Positions 60,728-64,000 of a stretch of DNA of 64,000 bases are shown here, piece by piece. Under the pieces are notes generated by a model that saw only the letters and a list, made by a program, of their open reading frames with translations, was not told the DNA's origin and did no database searches. Positions within the stretch are counted from its first letter, which is position 1. Each line of letters opens with the position of its first letter. The translations under genes were made by a program, and so were the position numbers. The stretch is from Tidjanibacter sp. (GTDB taxonomy: Bacteria > Bacteroidota > Bacteroidia > Bacteroidales > Rikenellaceae), in contig JAZUCV010000020.1 of assembly GCA_045639285.1 (NCBI GenBank), positions 3,936 through 67,935 on the forward strand, given 5' to 3'.

Positions 60728-63691
60728 TTAGAAGGTAATATCAATTCCGAAAGTATATTGACGAGCCATAGGATACTGTGCAGCATAGATATTGGCTGTG
60801 CCCTCGGGGTCAAGACCCGAGAACTTGGTGAAGGTCAAGAGGTTCTGACCCTGCACATAGAATCTCACACCGCTGAATACTCGGTTGCGCTCCAGCAGTC
60901 GCTGAGGCAACGAGTAGCTGAGCATCACATTTTTCAGACGCAGGAACGATGCATCCTCCAACAGACGGCTGTCGAACTCGGTATATTCGCCGTGGCGGGG
61001 AATATCAGTCAAATCACCAGGCTCCATCCAGCGGTCGAGCAGACGACGCGACTGGTTGTAGGCCGCAAAACGACCGTTGGACTCATCGAAGTAGCGGTCG
61101 TTGTTGAGCATCCATCTGTCTGCCACCCAGCTGAACTGTGCGCTTGCCGAGAAGCCCTTCCACTGCAAAGCGGTACCAAAACCACCCTGCCAGGGAGCGA
61201 TGTAGCTCTTGCCTACGAGCACCTTATCCTCGTCGCGCAACTCATTGGTGAGGTTGCCCTCCTTGTCATACCAGAGAGCGTCACCATTTGCGGGGTTTAC
61301 ACCTGCATAACGGTTGATGTAGAACTCGCCAAGCGAACGACCCACAACGAGCTTGGTGTTGGTATTGGAGCGCTCATACTCCTTAACGCCATTATACAAC
61401 TCGGTGATTTCGTTGTAGTTATATGATACGTTAGCATTAACGGTCCAAGTAATGTCGGGGCGAGCCAGCAGAGTGGCATTAACACTCAGCTCAGCACCCA
61501 CATTGATCATCTCGCCCACATTATCCCAATAGTAGCCGAAGCCCGAGGTCGAATAGGGAGTAGGCACCTGCATCAACATATCGGAGGTCTGCTTGTAGTA
61601 GAACTCCAGGTCGGCAGTCACTCTGTTCCACAGACCGGCGCGGAAGGCGAGGTTGGTGGTCCAGGGCTTCTCCCAGCCGAGATTCTCGTTACCGGGCTGC
61701 ATCAGGCCGATACCTGCATTGCCGGCATAGTCCAAACCGCCACCCACAAGCGAGAGGTGCTCATAGTTAGGAATCGAGGAGTTACCCGAAGTACCTGTCG
61801 AGAAGGAGAGCTGCGACTGGTTGAGCCAGTCCGACACACCCTCCATAAAGGGCTCGTGACGCATATCCCACATAAAGCCGAGCGACCAGAACATAGCCCA
61901 GCGACGCTGACGACCAAACCTCGACGAGCCGTCGGCACGGGCTGCAGCCTCGAAGTAATATTTATTCTTCAGATTGTACTCCGCACGCGAGAAGAACGAC
62001 AAGAAGGCGTAGTCCGAGTCGGTGGTGTCACCCCACGAAGTTACGCGAGTACCTGTCGAGATATTGGTGAGACGGTCGTTGTTCTGACCCTCCGAGAGGA
62101 GGCTGAACGCCTCGTAGTGGTAGTCGATACCCTCCTGGCCAAGCATAATATTGAAGGAGTGATCCAGACCGAGGTCAAACTGGTAGTTTGCGGTATTGGT
62201 GATGGTGAGGTTGTAGCCATCTACCGAAGAGCGCGAAGCACTACCCTGCCCCTGGTTGGGGAGATAGCTCGGGTAGGACTTACCGAAACCGGTGGTATGC
62301 GAGTAGTCCACACCAGCCTGCGAACGGAGAGTAAGACCCTCAATGGGGGTCGCCTCAGCGAAGAGAGTGGTGATAAGTTTATACTTCTTATAATTTACGG
62401 GGTTGTTAGCCAACCACTCCAAGGGGTTCTGACCATTGCCCTTCCACGAGCCATCGCCAATAGATGCGATAGAGCCATCTGCTCGGCGAGGATTCCAATA
62501 GGGCATCATAAAACGAGCTGCCGAGATAGGGGTGAGAAGGTTGTATGAGCCCTCGTCAGCCTGCTGGATGTTCTGGAAGTTGAGCATAGTGTTGCTACCC
62601 ACCTTCATCCAATCAGCGGCCTTGCGCTCGAAGTTGGTGCGGAGCGAGTAACGCTCAAAGCCCGAGCCTACGGCTGTACCATCCTGATTGTAGTAGCCAC
62701 CCGAGTAGTAGTAGTTGCTCACCTGATCGCCACCCGAAATGGCCACCTCGTGATTCTGCAAGAGGGCCGACGAGTTGAAGACCTCGTCCATCCAATTGAC
62801 ATCAATCTGGCTGAGGAGCTCATAGTTCTGGCCGGCACTCATACCGATCTGCTTCTCGTACTCGATACGCTCAGCGGTGTTCATCAAATCCCACTTCTTG
62901 TCACCTGCCACCTGCGAGATACCGAGTTGCGAGCGATACTCGATACGAGGACGCTCCGCAGCACGACCACGCTTGGTGGTGATAACGATAACACCATTTG
63001 CCGCACGCGCACCGTAGATAGAGGTCGAAGATGCATCTTTCAGCACCGACAACGACTCGATATCGGCAGGGTTGATGGTGTTAAAGTCGCTTGCAGAGAT
63101 GGGCACACCGTCGAGGATGTAGAGGGGGGCAGTACCCGAGTTGATGGAGTTGGTACCACGGATGGTCATCACCGCCGCAGCACTCGGCTCACCTGTACTC
63201 GAAAGCACCGACAGACCCGCTACCTGACCCTGCAACGCCTGGTCGAAGGCGGCAGTGGGGGTATTCTCAATCTTCTCGGTCTTCACCGTCGATACTGAGC
63301 CGGCCACAGTGCCCTTTTTGCGGACACCATAGGCAATCACCACGACATCTTCGATTGCTTCGCTGTCGCTCTGCATCTGCAAGTCAAATGTTATCTCACT
63401 CTCACCCGCAGGCACAACCCACTCCACCGACTGATAGCCGAGATAGGAGAAGGTGAGCACTTGGCCGGAGTTAAGGCTGATGGAGTAGGTACCATCAAAG
63501 GAGGTAGCAACACCCTGATTGGTATCGGAGATAATCGATACACCAATCAACGGCTCGCCACTCTCGGCTGCGGTAACCACACCACTGACGTTCACCTTCT
63601 CAGGCGTTTGGGCAAAAACGCCCTCACAGCACAATGAGAAAAGGGTCGCAATCAGGCCAACAAAAAGTTTACGGAAATTTATTTGATTCAT
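60728..63691 (-). CDS. SusC/RagA TonB-dependent transporter
   Basis: IRGTNS, PLYILDG, LKDASSTSIYGARAANGVIVITTKRG, DGSSRFG, FLRLKN and C-terminal Phe. Start at MNQINF. Confidence 0.95.
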   Translation of the reverse strand: MNQINFRKLFVGLIATLFSLCCEGVFAQTPEKVNVSGVVTAAESGEPLIGVSIISDTNQGVATSFDGTYSISLNSGQVLTFSYLGYQSVEWVVPAGESEITFDLQMQSDSEAIEDVVVIAYGVRKKGTVAGSVSTVKTEKIENTPTAAFDQALQGQVAGLSVLSSTGEPSAAAVMTIRGTNSINSGTAPLYILDGVPISASDFNTINPADIESLSVLKDASSTSIYGARAANGVIVITTKRGRAAERPRIEYRSQLGISQVAGDKKWDLMNTAERIEYEKQIGMSAGQNYELLSQIDVNWMDEVFNSSALLQNHEVAISGGDQVSNYYYSGGYYNQDGTAVGSGFERYSLRTNFERKAADWMKVGSNTMLNFQNIQQADEGSYNLLTPISAARFMMPYWNPRRADGSIASIGDGSWKGNGQNPLEWLANNPVNYKKYKLITTLFAEATPIEGLTLRSQAGVDYSHTTGFGKSYPSYLPNQGQGSASRSSVDGYNLTITNTANYQFDLGLDHSFNIMLGQEGIDYHYEAFSLLSEGQNNDRLTNISTGTRVTSWGDTTDSDYAFLSFFSRAEYNLKNKYYFEAAARADGSSRFGRQRRWAMFWSLGFMWDMRHEPFMEGVSDWLNQSQLSFSTGTSGNSSIPNYEHLSLVGGGLDYAGNAGIGLMQPGNENLGWEKPWTTNLAFRAGLWNRVTADLEFYYKQTSDMLMQVPTPYSTSGFGYYWDNVGEMINVGAELSVNATLLARPDITWTVNANVSYNYNEITELYNGVKEYERSNTNTKLVVGRSLGEFYINRYAGVNPANGDALWYDKEGNLTNELRDEDKVLVGKSYIAPWQGGFGTALQWKGFSASAQFSWVADRWMLNNDRYFDESNGRFAAYNQSRRLLDRWMEPGDLTDIPRHGEYTEFDSRLLEDASFLRLKNVMLSYSLPQRLLERNRVFSGVRFYVQGQNLLTFTKFSGLDPEGTANIYAAQYPMARQYTFGIDITF

Positions 63692-63697
63692 AGCGCG

Positions 63698-63705
63698 CAA
63701 AGGTA
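63698..63705 (-). promoter_or_regulatory. -7 promoter element immediately upstream of susC
   Basis: TACCTTTG on the minus strand, ending 6 nt before the ATG at 63691. Confidence 0.55.
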
Positions 63706-63834
63706 AACATATTTTTTTAGCCCACAAACTTTTTATAATACTTTTCTTTTCAAAATCAGCCATTTACCGATGATGCAATTATTCTAAAATGACGGCAATG
63801 TTTGATGATATGATTGCAAAGAGAAAGGGAAATG

Positions 63835-63918
63835 GAATTCAAAATTCAAAATGATTTAAGGAGTTTAGGGAATTTTGGGAATTTTGGTATTTTCTTTAAA
63901 CTCCCTAAACTCCTTAAA
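63835..63918. repeat. Heptamer pair plus 9-mer G-rich/C-rich array
   Basis: GAATTCAAAATTCAAAATG, then TTAAGGAGT TTAGGGAAT TTTGGGAAT ... CTCCCTAAA CTCCTTAAA. Confidence 0.75.
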
Positions 63919-64000
63919 CACACAAGCCATCCTCCTTACTCAACTCACTCTCACCACGCTAATTGCCACCTCGACACCTGCCTTCTGCGAAGGCAATTCC

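Noticed and set aside
1-64000. tRNA, rRNA, IS transposase, integrase, prophage or dif site
   Set aside because: None was recognisable by eye. A tRNAscan-SE/Infernal run would be needed to exclude small RNAs formally.

Overview
Chromosomal segment from a Bacteroidales genome. Rikenellaceae/Alistipes-like affiliation is inferred from gene content and TAnnTTTG promoters. Housekeeping genes: sdaA (partial, absent from the ORF track), pepC, glyA, lysS, tpiA, pepD, ispF, a dcw cluster rsmH-ftsL-ftsI-murE-mraY-murD-ftsW-murG-murC-ftsQ-ftsA-ftsZ running into gldE-sfp-ung, then ctpA, hisS, ettA and rbr. It also has a heavy-metal RND efflux operon and a 9-gene SusC/SusD locus with LRR/BACON lipoproteins and an S8 protease but no CAZyme. 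No rRNA, tRNA, CRISPR array, transposase, integrase or reverse transcriptase was recognised. The most unusual signals are: (1) a strand-specific T-depletion gradient of about 1.1-1.6 kb that crosses gene boundaries (gldE 3' end, sfp, ung) and ends at a non-terminator hairpin; (2) an AT-rich islet with a ~200-nt structured leader, two tandem 57-aa 8-Cys RING-like proteins and a putative stand-alone FtsZ C-terminal domain; (3) a His/Cys-rich leader ORF ending in an RAP motif ahead of the metal efflux operon; (4) ERIC-like miniature elements at stop codons and 9-mer G/C-rich arrays. All counts were made by hand and no database searches were run.
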